Assembly: GCA_949358305.1 (NCBI GenBank)
Contig: OX442314.1
Coordinates: forward strand, 14,384,001 to 14,448,000
DNA from: Strigamia acuminata
Taxonomy: Eukaryota
Direction of reading: 5' to 3'
Length of the DNA stretch: 64,000 nt
Numbering within the stretch: position 1 is the stretch's first letter; each line of letters starts with the position of its first letter. The position numbers and the translations under genes were made by a program. Below are positions 12,835-38,718 of the stretch, piece after piece. The notes below the pieces were generated by a model that ran no database searches, had not been told where the DNA came from, and saw only the letters and a list, made by a program, of their open reading frames with translations.

Positions 12835-15422
12835 ATGGAAAATACTGGCCGTGATAGTAATCACAGCAGTGATGACGTGAGTTATGTAATTTTTTAATAA
12901 TAGAATACAGATTGTATTAAAAACCTTTTTATATTGTTCATTTTTAGGATAATGCTGCAGAAGCGAGTGGAAGTATAGCATAAAGATAGCTTTATTTTAT
13001 TTTGAAGTTATCATTAAACTGTTAAGTGATTTTATTTTAGTTCAGTCACTTTTGGATTTATTTGCTAAGAAACTGGGTTTCTCCACGAAAGAAGATCAAA
13101 CGCCACCAGAAAAATTACTAGACGAAGTGTCTTTTGATGGGATAGTTAATTACATCAAGAAAGGCATGTGTAAAAACATAATTGTTTTAACTGGAGCTGG
13201 AGTTTCCACGTGTAAGTTTGTTTTTGATATGAAAACTAGGGATTCTGGCCGAGAAATTCCAGGGAATTGTCGTACTTTTTATGTCTCGAGTCCTGAGAGT
13301 GAACTGACGAGTTCTTGATGAAACTCTAGAAATTTTACGTTTGAGTTTTCGAATAATTATAAGGAAATAGAAATACAGTGAAAGCTGTTTTATCCGGCAT
13401 TGTAATTGGAAAGCTTTAATAGCCTGAATATTCTTATTACCCATGTTAGCTATGAGACTGCACCAATTACATCTGGTGCTTTTGTTCTTGTGAGCATTAC
13501 AGAAGCAAAAAACAAATTGAAAAAGTGAAAACCTTAAAAAAAAATAAAATTTTGCTTTTTTGATTTCATTCTAATTGTATTGCAATTTTTTTGATACTTT
13601 TAGTGTCCGATGCATTATCTGGAAAATTCTAATATCCGGTCTTAACTTTGTGGGTTAAAACTGCTTTTAGTGTACAACCATGGACAAAAAAAAACTTCCC
13701 CTAAATACTAGCTGCAGTCAAGAAGTCGTGTTTTAGGTGTTTCTGGTGTTTGTATGTTTGTTTGTTTTTGTATCTTTTAACATCACAAAACAAAAACACA
13801 TACACCTATAATACTTAAAACACGACTTTTTGTATGCAGCTACGAGTAGTGTAAAATCACTGTACAGAAGAGAAGTTTTTTGTGTACAAAAATAATTAAT
13901 TTTTAACTGCATTCAATATACCTATACGTCATGTTCCCTTTACTGCAAAAATTGAAGAGGTGAAGGCGACTAAACGAGTCACGGTCAGAAAGAAAATGCG
14001 CGGGGAAACACAAACAAAAGGACATAAAAATCATGCATGAAATCATGTTTATATTGTTTTTAAAAAATTTCTCGAGTCTCAGGACATTTAAAAGTACTGA
14101 AAGCCAGAAATCCTAATGAAAGCCGTTATTTATTTATTGTTTTGTTTTTCAAATACATTGTAGCTGCAGGCATTCCTGACTTTAGGAGTCCTGGAAGTGG
14201 ACTCTATGATAACCTACAAAGGTTCGACCTTCCACATCCACAAGCTATTTTCGAAATATCATATTTTAAGGAGAATCCACAACCATTTTTTACATTAGCC
14301 AAAGAATTATATCCAGGATCGTTTAAGCCCACACCATGTCATTACTTTATTCGATTACTGCATGAAAAAAATATGTTACTACGCCTCTATACTCAAGTAA
14401 AACAAAACGATTACGGAGAAAAATTGTTTTCTATTATTATATCTGTTTTGTTTTAGAACATAGACACACTGGAAAGAATTGCGTTGATCCCGGTAGATAA
14501 AATTGTGGAAGCACACGGCACCTTTTATACATCACATTGCATGAATAGAAAATGTGGCAAAGAATATAGCCTTCCATGGATGCAAGGTAAGCGCAGGTGG
14601 TGCTTAGCTTATTTATACTGAAAACAAAATAGCTGCATTCAAAATAGAAAGATTACTGGAAATGTTCTATTTTCGATATTCTATTTATAGCATAATTTTG
14701 TTTTTGCAGAACAAATATTTGCTGATAAATTACCAAAGTGCACGGATTGCAAAACAGTAGTCAAGCCAGGTAATAAATTAAACCATTAAGAAATAACTAG
14801 TATATAATTATTTTTCACATAATATAGATATTGTTTTCTTCGGTGAAAACTTACCCGACAGGTTTTACAGCTGTACTCCAAAAGACTTTGCAAAATGCGA
14901 TTTACTTATTATAATCGGCACTTCGTTGACAGTTCAGCCATTTGCATCACTCGTAGACCAGTACGCTATAAGCTATATGAATTAAATATAAACAATTTCG
15001 TTACTTCGTATACTTTTAAGGGTTCCCGCTAAAACTCCTCGGTTATTAATAAACAAGGAAAAGGCTGGCCAGGTTAATTACATATTTTGATATCATTTTG
15101 CGTTTCATTTTATAAATGAATAGTTTTAGTCTGAAGGCCTGGTTTTTCTCATGGGATTGGAAGGCGGAATGAAATTTGACGATCCAGATAATTACCGAGA
15201 TGTGGCTTGGTTAGGAATGTGCGACGATGGTTGCCAGGCTTTAGCTGATGCTATAGGCTGGGGCGTAAGAAATCAAATATCATCAAATTAATACTTCATA
15301 TTTTATTTCATTTTACTTTCATGCAGGAGGAATTAAAAGATCTAGTTAAACTGGAGGGAGAAAGACTAGAAAGAGAAAACTCATCCAACAAAGAGACTGC
15401 GGGACCAAGTGCGAAAATTTAA
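12835..15422 (+). CDS. SIRT2: NAD-dependent deacetylase sirtuin-2, multi-exon
   Basis: TGAGVST / [92 protein letters not shown] 12835, TAA 15420-15422. Confidence 0.95.
13237..14115. mobile_element. Non-autonomous hAT-like element in a SIRT2 intron, containing a nested foldback
   Basis: Termini TAGGGATTCTGGC ... GCCAGAAATCCTA. Flanked by an 8-bp direct repeat ATGAAAAC (13229-13236) / ATGAAAGC (14116-14123). No transposase ORF. Confidence 0.7.
13709..13842. repeat. Nested ~134-bp imperfect inverted repeat inside the hAT-like element
   Basis: TAGCTGCAGTCAAGAAGTCGTGTTTTAGGTG... pairs with ...TACTTAAAACACGACTTTTTGTATGCAGCTA. Confidence 0.7.
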
Positions 15423-15706
15423 ATACTCTTATTTTAATGAATCAATAATACAGTTTAACAAAAGCAAATTAGTGAAATTGTAATAAATTAAAAAAAAAAT
15501 GTACGCTTAGTATAGAATAAAAATCAATATACAAAAAGTTTGAAATTGTGCACGCGCAGATGAATTAATATCATCCATACTTTAGAACTTAAGCTAACGA
15601 ACCATAAAGCTACAATGTAGTGATAAAATGATTGTTCTACTCTGCCGTTGCAATGTACATTAAAGGTCACTTTACAGTTAAATTCGTCACGGTGTAACTT
15701 TAACTA

Positions 15707-18700
15707 TTATTCATTTTGATACGTGATTAAATCGGTAGCAGAGCCTTGAATAGAAGGGTCCTCGTTGGAACTAAGTTCAACTGTAGGAGAACTTGCACCA
15801 CTCGTGCCATACGTACGTACAAGATTGAGGAAACCTGTAGCGCTCTGACTAAATTCTAGCTGTAATACAGGTGCCACGAACTGGGAATAAACATATCCAA
15901 GTATTACCAACTGCGGGTGCAATTGTTTAATCCGTTCCAACTTACCGATTGGACTTTATTGTTAACTCTTCTGGATGATGCTATTGGTGTCACCGATGCA
16001 CTGCTTTCTTCGCTGTCACCATGAAAACGCTTGGAAAAAAAACAATAACACGATCAGTAATTCGGTATTCTCACATTACAATGCAATAAAAATACAAGAA
16101 AAATAGATATGGCAAATCTGCATCGTACAGGAATCGTACACAAACACACCAATGACGGCAAAACAAAACATGGAAATAAATATGAACAACCGTGCAGTAA
16201 AAACAATAAAATAGGCGTGCTAACAGCCAAGATTCACAGGGCTTCCGGGGTAAAATTAAGCCTACCGTGGGCAAATCAGGGTACTCCGATACATCATTTA
16301 AAACTCTCCTAGGCTGATCCTATTTGCGTGATATGAATAGGTAGGAAGATGTTAGAAATAAATAAATGTTAACTAAAAGTGCATAAAAATTAAATGCATT
16401 TCTTATTGTTTCTACAAACTACTGGTACTAATTCTCGTTCAGCGAATTTATTATTATTATTATCAACTTGCAGAAAAAAATGACTTACTTTGTAAAGTGA
16501 ATCAAAACTCAATATTTTAAACGTATTACAAAACATTTGCCCGATGTACAGAAAGGAAGTAGTGCAGCATCCAATTAGCATAACCCAAACAATTGACGGA
16601 ATTCGGTCATCTAAAATATAAATAAGAAGTTTTAAAAAATATTTAAAATGTTATTCATTATACTAATTCACCTCCACTTCGAATAAACAAAAAGAACAAT
16701 ATGATAACTTCGAGTATAATCACCACAGCTATAACAAAATTAATAGCCGTAACGTGGATTTTTCGACTGATTTTTGACGATCCATATGCAAAATAGATGT
16801 TGTACCGATCAACACAATGTTTTAACAACATATATAACAAACCTAAAATCAAATAAAACTAAATATTCAACGTTCAACGTTCAATAACAGCGTGAAATTA
16901 CCAAAAGGGGCTATCACCGGGCATGGTATGCTGTAAATAACCGTGACAGCAAAGTTCAAGAGCATCCAAGCATACTGTGTGCCAAATGGAAACTCCCAAA
17001 GAACAGTCTGCAAAACAAATTTCAACTTAAAAATTAAAAATACCGGTAAAAATTTTTGCAAACTATATCTACCTTTTCAACATGCGCTCGTTCTGCCGCG
17101 GAGCGTGCACACAATTTACCCATCGCGTACCAGAAAAGTTCTGGAAATCGGATTAGTTCTAAACCAGTGCCAATCAAAGCTGAAGTAACAACGTAATTGA
17201 CAAAAAAGGCACCATTGTCGGGCAAAAAAACGCACTGCCATCTGTATTTTGTGTCATTGTTATGCTTTACTGCCCACTCAACAAAGGCCTTAGCACTGGT
17301 CAGACCCAGGGACGGTAATATGACAACCATAAAAAGCAAAAAAATAAATGATTTCCTCATAATGGAATGGTTTTCGGCTGATCTCGTCCAGTGTCGCAAA
17401 AATTGGTCCGAATATCGCACAATAAATGGTAAAACACAAGCCATTAGCCAAATCATCAACGTTGGAGCAAATTCGGATATTAAAGGATTCTAGAAGCAAG
17501 CACGAGAAAAAAATTACTCACCTTTTTACATATTCAAAAATATTTTTCAAAATCACCATGTTTTTTAGTTTATCCAGAAAACTTAGTGTGTCTACTGTCT
17601 TAAGAATGATAGCGGGTGTAGTTAAAAAGAAGAGGGAGAAAAACAATGCTGTGTTGATTAAAGCTGCACGAATATACCAGTTATCTGAATCCGATGATAG
17701 GTTTTCCCTGTTTTCATTACAATTAATTGTATAATAAATTAATTAGGCATTTGTTTTATACCAATAAATATCCTCCGGTGATGGTGCATGATTAACTTCC
17801 CACGCGTAAGAATCCAACTGTCTCGCCACACCAGAATTTGGTGGGTTATGGGCACATTTGCAAGACATCTGGTGATCGTTGTATACTCTAGTTTAAATTA
17901 AAATAAAGGTTGGTTTATATTTGGAATTAGTTCACACTGAATCAATGTATACTGCATAGCCGTTGCTTCCGAATCAAACGTAACAAAGGCAATTCCGAGC
18001 GGGTTTTTTAATGCTAGAACTTTCTCCCGCTCCACTTGGGCAATAAGCCTGGTTTCCTCTTTAATGTAATATTGAATTGCATCCACCTATATATTTATAT
18101 ATATATATATATAAAACATCGTCAATACATTTTTCTGAGAGAAATTGCATCGAATTAAATTTACCGGTTCACAGAAACACTTGTTGCAACAAAAACAACC
18201 ACAAATGTGAGGATTCGCTGTAGGTCTTTCGTTTTTTTCTTTACAATAATTCTCGCACCAAATTCGGTATTCCGTCACCGCTTCTCTAGAATAAATAAAT
18301 CAAAATATTATTTTTCAAACTATGTGAAATTTTAACAAAACGATTACTTTTTATGATCTAGAGAAATTAAACTTGCAATGTCATATGCAAACTGAACCTC
18401 TTGAATTTCACAATTTGGATATGCCTCGCTAAATGCAGGAATAAAAATGATTATTATTTCATCACCGATTTGATCAGATAAAACATCGTACCTAAAATGC
18501 TGAATAATAACACTTTTTTGACATTTTTCTTTTGGTACATGATTAATCATCACTGTTCTATTTACAAGCTAAAATTTAATAACAAATGTTGATCACAATT
18601 TGATTATGTAAATTGATGATAGTAAATTACCAAGTTTTCTTGGTCATGCTTCACCGTTTGTGAAAATCTCCTCATTAACAACACGGAAATAGGAAAAAAT

Positions 18701-19931
18701 AAAAATGCAAAAAATATATGAACCCACAGATAAGATGAACTGCAAACAAAATCAAAACACAAACATTATACGAATTCAGGGTAAATTTAACTTTTTATAT
18801 TACTTTGGGCCCAAATTAAACGTAGTGGTTCTTCCAAAACTGGAATTTTCAACTAAAAATTAAAAAGATTTTAACGCTTAAAGATTTTCCTAGCATCGAA
18901 AACAATTAAACAAATACCATTCGTTCCTTGTAAATTGATTGGCAGAAGAATAGCTAAGCATACAATGCACAACAAAATTAGAAAAAAAATGATGTATCGT
19001 TGAAAGCGCAAGTAATGCACTGCATCGTGGCCATTCTTATTAAGAATATGTTCATCTCTAAGAGTAAGAATTCAAAATATAACTGTAAAAACATGAAATC
19101 AATCAAATATCTTACGTTATGCGAAATATAGCAGGCAGCCATGAACAAAATCCCTAAAAAAAATTAAATTCGAAAGAAAAAAATTATACCGTACTTAAAG
19201 ACCAAAATTTCCTAAATTAATTATATTCACTTTATCCGAACGAATATAAACATCGGCCGGATCACTCGCTTCAATAATAGATTCAGTTGGTGTGTCTGCT
19301 TCTCCAAAAAATAACTGGGTCCATCTAAAATTAAATTAGGCCAACATACCACATAAAAAAATGTCAATTACGGATTATTTTTTTTATGTGAAAAAAACCT
19401 CTGTCCTGTTTTCTGCACCAATGCGTTTCTTCCATAATTCCATGCTCTCTTTCTTAAAATAGTAAACAACAGCAACAAAATCTAATCGAATAAGGAAAAT
19501 AGATAAATATATGAATGACTTTCAAGAAAAATTAAATTACTCACCACCCATACTAGGAAATTGATTGCTAAATTTTGTGGAATATATCCAAATTCAACGT
19601 TGAAAAACTGAAGCACGTGAGTGCGCGATGAATTTGTGTAATAATTACAAGACACGTTGTCAGGTATCAAAGAGTCGTCATATGCTGAATTTAAATATTG
19701 CACCCCCAACTGAAAAAAAAATTCATATTATGTGTAAAAAATATTATTGACCTTTGAATAGCATTTAAAAACGATAAATGTCCGTTTCGATCATTTGCTT
19801 GTTTATTTTCGTTTTTGCGATGTTCTTGCATAACGAGTTGCCATGTTTTGATATTTGTTAATGTAATTGTCTTCTTTTTCTGGGGATAAAAATCTTACCA
19901 TATTCTCCCTATGATCCATATTGTGATTCAT
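15707..19931 (-). CDS. TMEM63: TMEM63 / OSCA-CSC1 family mechanosensitive channel, multi-exon
   Basis: GYIPQNLAIN, RAWNYGRNALV, DAVHYLRFQRYII, LGIAFVTF, HWTRSAENHSIMRK, VVILPSLGLTS, CVFLPDNGAFFVNYVVTSALIGTGLELIRFPEL, WEFPFGTQYAW, KHCVDRYNIYFAY. Probable ATG 19931, stop 15707. Confidence 0.93.
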
Positions 19932-20474
19932 ATGACAGGTAACTCTCACTTCATCTCACGGAGGTAGATCTCACCGTCATTATTCTGCCAGCAGTTTGAC
20001 CGGGACTCAGACCAAGTACTATCACTATGACTCATTATGGGCGAGAATGTCTAACCAACATCCGACTTCTCCTTGATAATAAAACAAATTAAAGTTTTTT
20101 ATTTTAATTTTGTGGATTAAAAAAAATAATCAAGAATGAACTAATCCAAATTACAATAATAATAATGATAATAATAGCAATTAAAATAAGCACAAATAAG
20201 AGAAAACAATTTAAAAAGAAAGCCAGACGGATTTTAGACAATTCCGTTTAAACTGAGACAGTTATGCAAATGTAAAGCTTGAACTAATTTGCGAAAATAA
20301 TAATTTATTAAAATATGAATATTTAAAAAATTGGAAGACTGAAAGTTCCGTTTATTATTTAATTCGTAGAAAGTTTACGAAGATAGTGGGCCAATTAAAA
20401 ATGGCGGATTTCATTTAGTTTTCGTTTTCGCCATCAGCGCTCGTATTGAGATTAAAGATAATTATTCAATTATT

Positions 20475-21128
20475 ATGGCCCCTCTACCTGTGTGCACCGT
20501 GCTGGACAACCCACCAGATGATGCTTTTGACAATGACATTGATGAAAACATGCAAAATGCTGTCCACATAATAGCAAGTAGTTCTGATAGTGAGGAAGAA
20601 GATCATTTACAGTCAGAAAATGGCTATCAACTTTTACCCCAAGAACCTACAGATCAAAATGTAGAACTAAACGAAAACATTCCTCAAAATTCTCAATTAT
20701 TTGACCAGGACAATGTGTCTCACGGACTACAACAACACAACATTCTCAATTTATTACCTCAAGTAAAGCAATACCAGTACATTTCTTATTCATAAAATGG
20801 CAAATTTTGAATTTGTTTTTTTATATTATTTATTCAGCTACCGTCAACAGGAGATGGAACTGTATTTTTATGGAACGAAACAGTTTCTGAACGCCATCAA
20901 CCAATGGATCCTGGTATAAAATAAGTCACTCTGTGACTCTGTATTTATATTTTGTAATACTTTATTTTTTCAGATGAAGCTGAAAAAATTAAAGCAGCCA
21001 TGTCTGGATTCTCTTTACCGGCTTCTGCAGTTCCAGCTTGGGCCCATCTTATCCCTGAAGACGAATGGAAAGCAGAATTATTTGCAAACATCAGAGGAAA
21101 GTGTCCAGATGACGACAGATTATCGTAG
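20475..21128 (+). CDS. MEA1: Male-enhanced antigen 1 homolog, 3 exons
   Basis: Acidic N-terminus with GYQLLPQEP, and C-terminal MDPDEAEKIKAAMSGFSLPASAVPAWAHLIPEDEWK matching the MEA1 family motif. Stop TAG 21126-21128. Confidence 0.82.
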
Positions 21129-23805
21129 CAGAAAAAACGTGCCAACTTTGTGAATAATGGTTCATTATGTATGGATTATTTCAGTATTTATTTTGTTAAT
21201 GTTACAGTGAACAAGTACAAATTAACGCTTCAGATACAGTAAAAAGGTGTAAACTTATTTCGTCACGATTAAAATGATAAAAAATAAAAAATCGGAACAA
21301 ATTTTGAATTTGTTTTTGAAACGTGAAGCCATTTCACGAGTGAGGATGGCAAAGGTGCTTATTTCGTGGATCTCCATATCCATTTAAATCTATCGATCAA
21401 CGTTTTAAGCCAGGATAACAAACTTTATTTACAGCTTTGAAATTTAAAATATACACCAAATCAAAATGCTTTTTATGAAACTTCTTGAACACCTATAGGC
21501 GTTGATAAACAGATGTTATTTGCTGTTCAATTTCACAAGAAACAAATATTTTATAAAATGATAAAAACAAGTCCACACGGAACTTTTTTTTGATTACAAA
21601 CATTATAATTCTCCATTATTACATCGTTTAAAATAAAAAATAAAAAGTAAAAGATAAGTAAAACAATAAATCAGCCTAGCATAATTTCATTGCCCGACAT
21701 GAATAAACCTTGCGGAAAAAGCATTAACAGGTATAATTTATTTGTAATCAATTCTTTGAGATAACACACATTTTGTTCAATTATTACAATCCAATTCTTT
21801 GATTACGGTATTTTTTTTTCAGATCGACTCCTTAAACATTTACTGAAAAAACACAAATAATAAAAATTACGTGTCCGCATTAAAAAAATAATAACTTGGA
21901 AAATTTACTTGAATAAAATCATTTAATAAAAATGCTTTTTGGACCCAATAACCAGCATATAAAATTGTCAAAACTCAAGGAGTTAAGACTACAAACATTA
22001 TAATTCATTTTTTTACGATAATACTTAAGCAGAGAACATCGATAGGCTTATTTATAAAAGAATGTACACTGAAATGGAACCGATATTAATAATTGCGAGT
22101 TAAGTGACCAGATATTGCTAGACTAGGCAAACAAAATACAGGAAACTACAAAAAATTATTAATATAATTAGTTTTAAAATAATATCATTGCTGATTTAAG
22201 CAAATGTAACCTAGATAAAGAGAATCGAATGAGGGAGAAAAACTATTAGTTGGCCACTTACGAGATAGTAATTACAAAACAAAAGGAAGACTCGGAGTGA
22301 GAAAAAAGAAAACATGCTGCGACAAAACACTTGGATTCCATGTCTATACTTTACACTTTCTTTTTAAAAAAAAAATTAAAAATATAAAGAATTTCTTCTG
22401 GGTCGGCATTACCCACGCTAAATAACCAGGCATGAAAAATTCTTCACATTAAAATAAAAGTGACAGCAATCAACATCTGCTCATCATCAATATATCACAG
22501 AATGTTGGACCACAAGAGCATTGAAACAACTGCAGAACTGGAAAAATTTTCGAACATTTTCTAGTTTATTCCAAGCAACAACAGGCAAGGATCCAGTATT
22601 ATCTTCTGTGTATTCAATGTATAATTTCAAATTTAAAATAAAAGTCCCATTTAATGAATTTTTCCAATCAAGTATGGCTATACATACTTAATTATACAAA
22701 CTATAGCTACTGCCACTATATGGTATATCTTATTTTAACTTTTGCCACACCCATTTTATTTATATACTTTGGTGAACACTGTCCACTAAGTTATTTCGTT
22801 TTGTGCAATTAATCTTCATCAACTGATGATGACATACACACACAGGCACTAAAACATTTCTTGGAGTTGCAGTTCTGCAAATTTTCAGGTTATAACAATT
22901 TATTTATTTATTTATTTATTATTTTTTTGGAAGATTTGGGATTGATCAGATTTTTTTTTTTTTTCATATTTTTTTTTCGGTTTTTTTTTTCCTCAACAAA
23001 ATCAAAGCTTCGTTTTAAGCTTTAATTTTTTTAAAAAAAAATGTACCCAGGCCAAAAGCTTCGTTTATCACCGAAAATTAAAAAATAAAAAATAAATTCC
23101 TAGTTATTCTATAAAGCAATGACAATAAACATGTAATCAAAATTCCTGAATATTATACACTGGTTAGTGAGCAAATTTATTTTTAAACTTTTATCTTAAT
23201 CTTTCACTTAATGGCATTCAATCTGGTCAGGGCAAAATTAACAATACTGGAATTTTATTTGTAAAGTAAACATGATTTTTTTTGTCCATTTTATATTCCT
23301 TTTTATAAACAATTTAAATTTATGAGCAATCATATAAAATTATAATTAATTATAATTAAAATATAAAAAATGGCATCATTTTGTGACAAAATAACACAGA
23401 TCAGAGACAAAATACGTGCAATAAAATTTGCATCTCCCAAAGTCCATTCATCAAAAAAGCAAAAACAAAAAAAAAATACATTTCATATTTTCAAAATTCC
23501 CCGTTACATCTTCGTGAAGGAGAAAAAAATTCAATTGTCTTGATTGTGATCAGTGGGAGAAAAACTTAACACTATACAAACTCCCACCTCTGTTCGACCT
23601 ACCCACCAACCTCTGAAAATTTCCCATGTAGTGTAAGAAAAAAAGAAAAAAAAAACATAGCGCAGCAAACGGAAATAAAACAAAACAAAAAAATGCCACT
23701 AGAAATGATCAAGGAGGATTTGCCCACCACCAACCACCTGGCACAGATTAGTTAACACGAATTACGTCAGTTGGCGCGCGATAATCCAATGTTGCCGCAC
23801 GTAAC

Positions 23806-27139
<3,334 letters not shown>

Positions 27140-28627
27140 TTTTAGGCCTAACTAATCCAACGCTAACTGAGGGCACTAGTCATGCCCAGATAACTTTAAT
27201 TTAAAAAAAAAATACAATTTAACGATTATATTATTACCATTATTCCGAACGAGATTTTTTTCAGCTCACCTTTTCTTTCTTAGTTTTATTGGGCATAATC
27301 GACAACGCTTAGGCCAATGTAACAACGATGACTTTGTTATTGAATGCACCAATGCATTACATTAGTAACAATAATTGTGATTGGTCGGTTTCCATCACGT
27401 GACGATAAACCACTGTCTGGCTCAGTGGTGCCATCCAGCGGCTAATTTTATATTCACTTACGTGTATTATCAGTTGCGTGCGAGCTATTTGCTCATCGTC
27501 CAATTGTTCTTGTTAAGCATTTGGCAAAACAAATACAGTAATCAGAAGAGACATTTTTATTATCTAATTAAAATACATTATTGCATTCCGAATACAGATC
27601 TTTTTCATTTTTCTTTAATAAAATTGAATTCCCAATGCTATTCAGCTGCAAATACAAGACACTCGTCAGTCGTCATAGCTACGTACTTTATCAAAATATT
27701 GATCTCTTACATAATACCCCAATTAAATGAGAAATTTCCAACTGTCTTCATCTTCGTAAATAAAATATAACACCTGTTTCATATAGTGTTCACATAATTT
27801 TAAGTCAAATATTTACTAATAATACCTCTACAAATATAATTTTCAATAAATATTTCTTTAAATTTAATTAATTTTAAATTAATCTCAACACCACTCCATA
27901 ATTTAGTTTCTACAAAAACAAAAAACAAAATAAACAAACAAAAAGAATTTGCTTGAAAATCTGCAAATTTAAAATTCACTCTCGCGTGAATCGGAAGCAA
28001 CACAATTAGTAGCACCAATTATTCACAAAATATAATTATTGGAAATAATTTTTGATAAAATTCCAAAATCACATTTGATTATCATTAGTGTCTTATTAGA
28101 CGCAAACAATTGTCATTGTAAAGACGATTCGTGAAATAAAACCAAAAAAAAAAAAAAAAGAAAAAACACCTTAAATTCCAAGTGTAATGCCACTGGAAAA
28201 TAAATCTGCTGCCAAAATCTAAGCTATTTTCTTTTTCGTTCTTTCGTCAAACAAAAAAAAGAAGACGTTATTTAGTTATCGTTAAGCTTTACGCAATTAC
28301 AATTAACTACAAAACTGGACACTTCAGAAAAGGCATTAAAATGTATTTTGATGAGCAAGTAAAAGTCTGGTTATCATCATGGCGTTAGGAGAAATGAACA
28401 TTAATACAAAAGGATTATACAAAATGTTCGTATTAAACGTGGTAGAAATTTGATACCGTAATCAATTGCTCTACTTGTCTTATAAAAACTGAGAGATCTG
28501 TACAAAAAGATGGCTTTGTCCTCCCGAGCATGATGAGAACTAGACTAGAAAAAGGGTCTCGCGGGACTGTACAATGGCCTCAACTCTTGCCAAATACCGG
28601 GGTACTAAAACAGCACACAAAATCTTC

Positions 28628-37975
<9,348 letters not shown>

Positions 37976-38102
37976 CTTTTCGAGGCCTACGATGGTACAG
38001 AAAAAACTATTGTCGTAGTGGGAATCGAATCCTCGCAGTGATGAGCCAAACGCTTTCACGGCATATATCGACCTACCTACGGCGACAAAGTGTAGGGAAT
38101 TG

Positions 38103-38132
38103 TGACGTCACGCTGCCATACGTAACTTCCGG
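38103..38132. promoter_or_regulatory. CRE palindrome (TGACGTCA) and ETS site (ACTTCCGG) upstream of alpha-actinin
   Basis: Consensus matches 130-155 nt upstream of the ATG; motif match only. Confidence 0.45.
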
Positions 38133-38718
38133 CATGCATTTCAGTTCCGATTCTCGAGTCAAGAGTAAAAGTTTTTTTTGCTTGAAAAAATGTGTAGCAC
38201 AAAGCGCATTGAACTTTCGACGAAGGTTCTGCTGGTGTTGCTAATTTGTACCGCTTACAAAAAATAAACAAATAAATAATAATAATAATAATAAAAAAAA
38301 TATTTGATGGCTTAACTAAATCTTTTATTTATTTTTTCTACACCGTAATTAAAAAAAAAATAGTTAAAACCTTTTTATATTTTATGAATAAGTAATCTTG
38401 CGGTTGGATAATCTATATATCGTCTATTTTTAAGGACAAATAGAAAACGGAATGTTCGTATCCGAGCGAAAAAAATTAAATAAGAATTCAGCATACACAG
38501 ACAGCAAAATATTAATAAAAACGAAATCAAAAATCAAAACAAATAAAGAAATGATCAGATCAAACAATGATGACTTTTAAAACAATCGAAAATAACATCA
38601 AAATTACTTCGTTTTAGTAACCAAAAAAATCCACAAAAAAACAAAAAAAAACGATTAATTTTAAATTCGAATTAATAGTTTATTAATGATTTCGGTAAAA
38701 CAAAATCCAATGAACATT

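Noticed and set aside
17888..17952. TMEM63 intron starting GTATACATT as a possible U12-type intron
   Set aside because: Does not match GTATCCTT and lacks a clear TCCTTAAC branch site; treated as U2-type.
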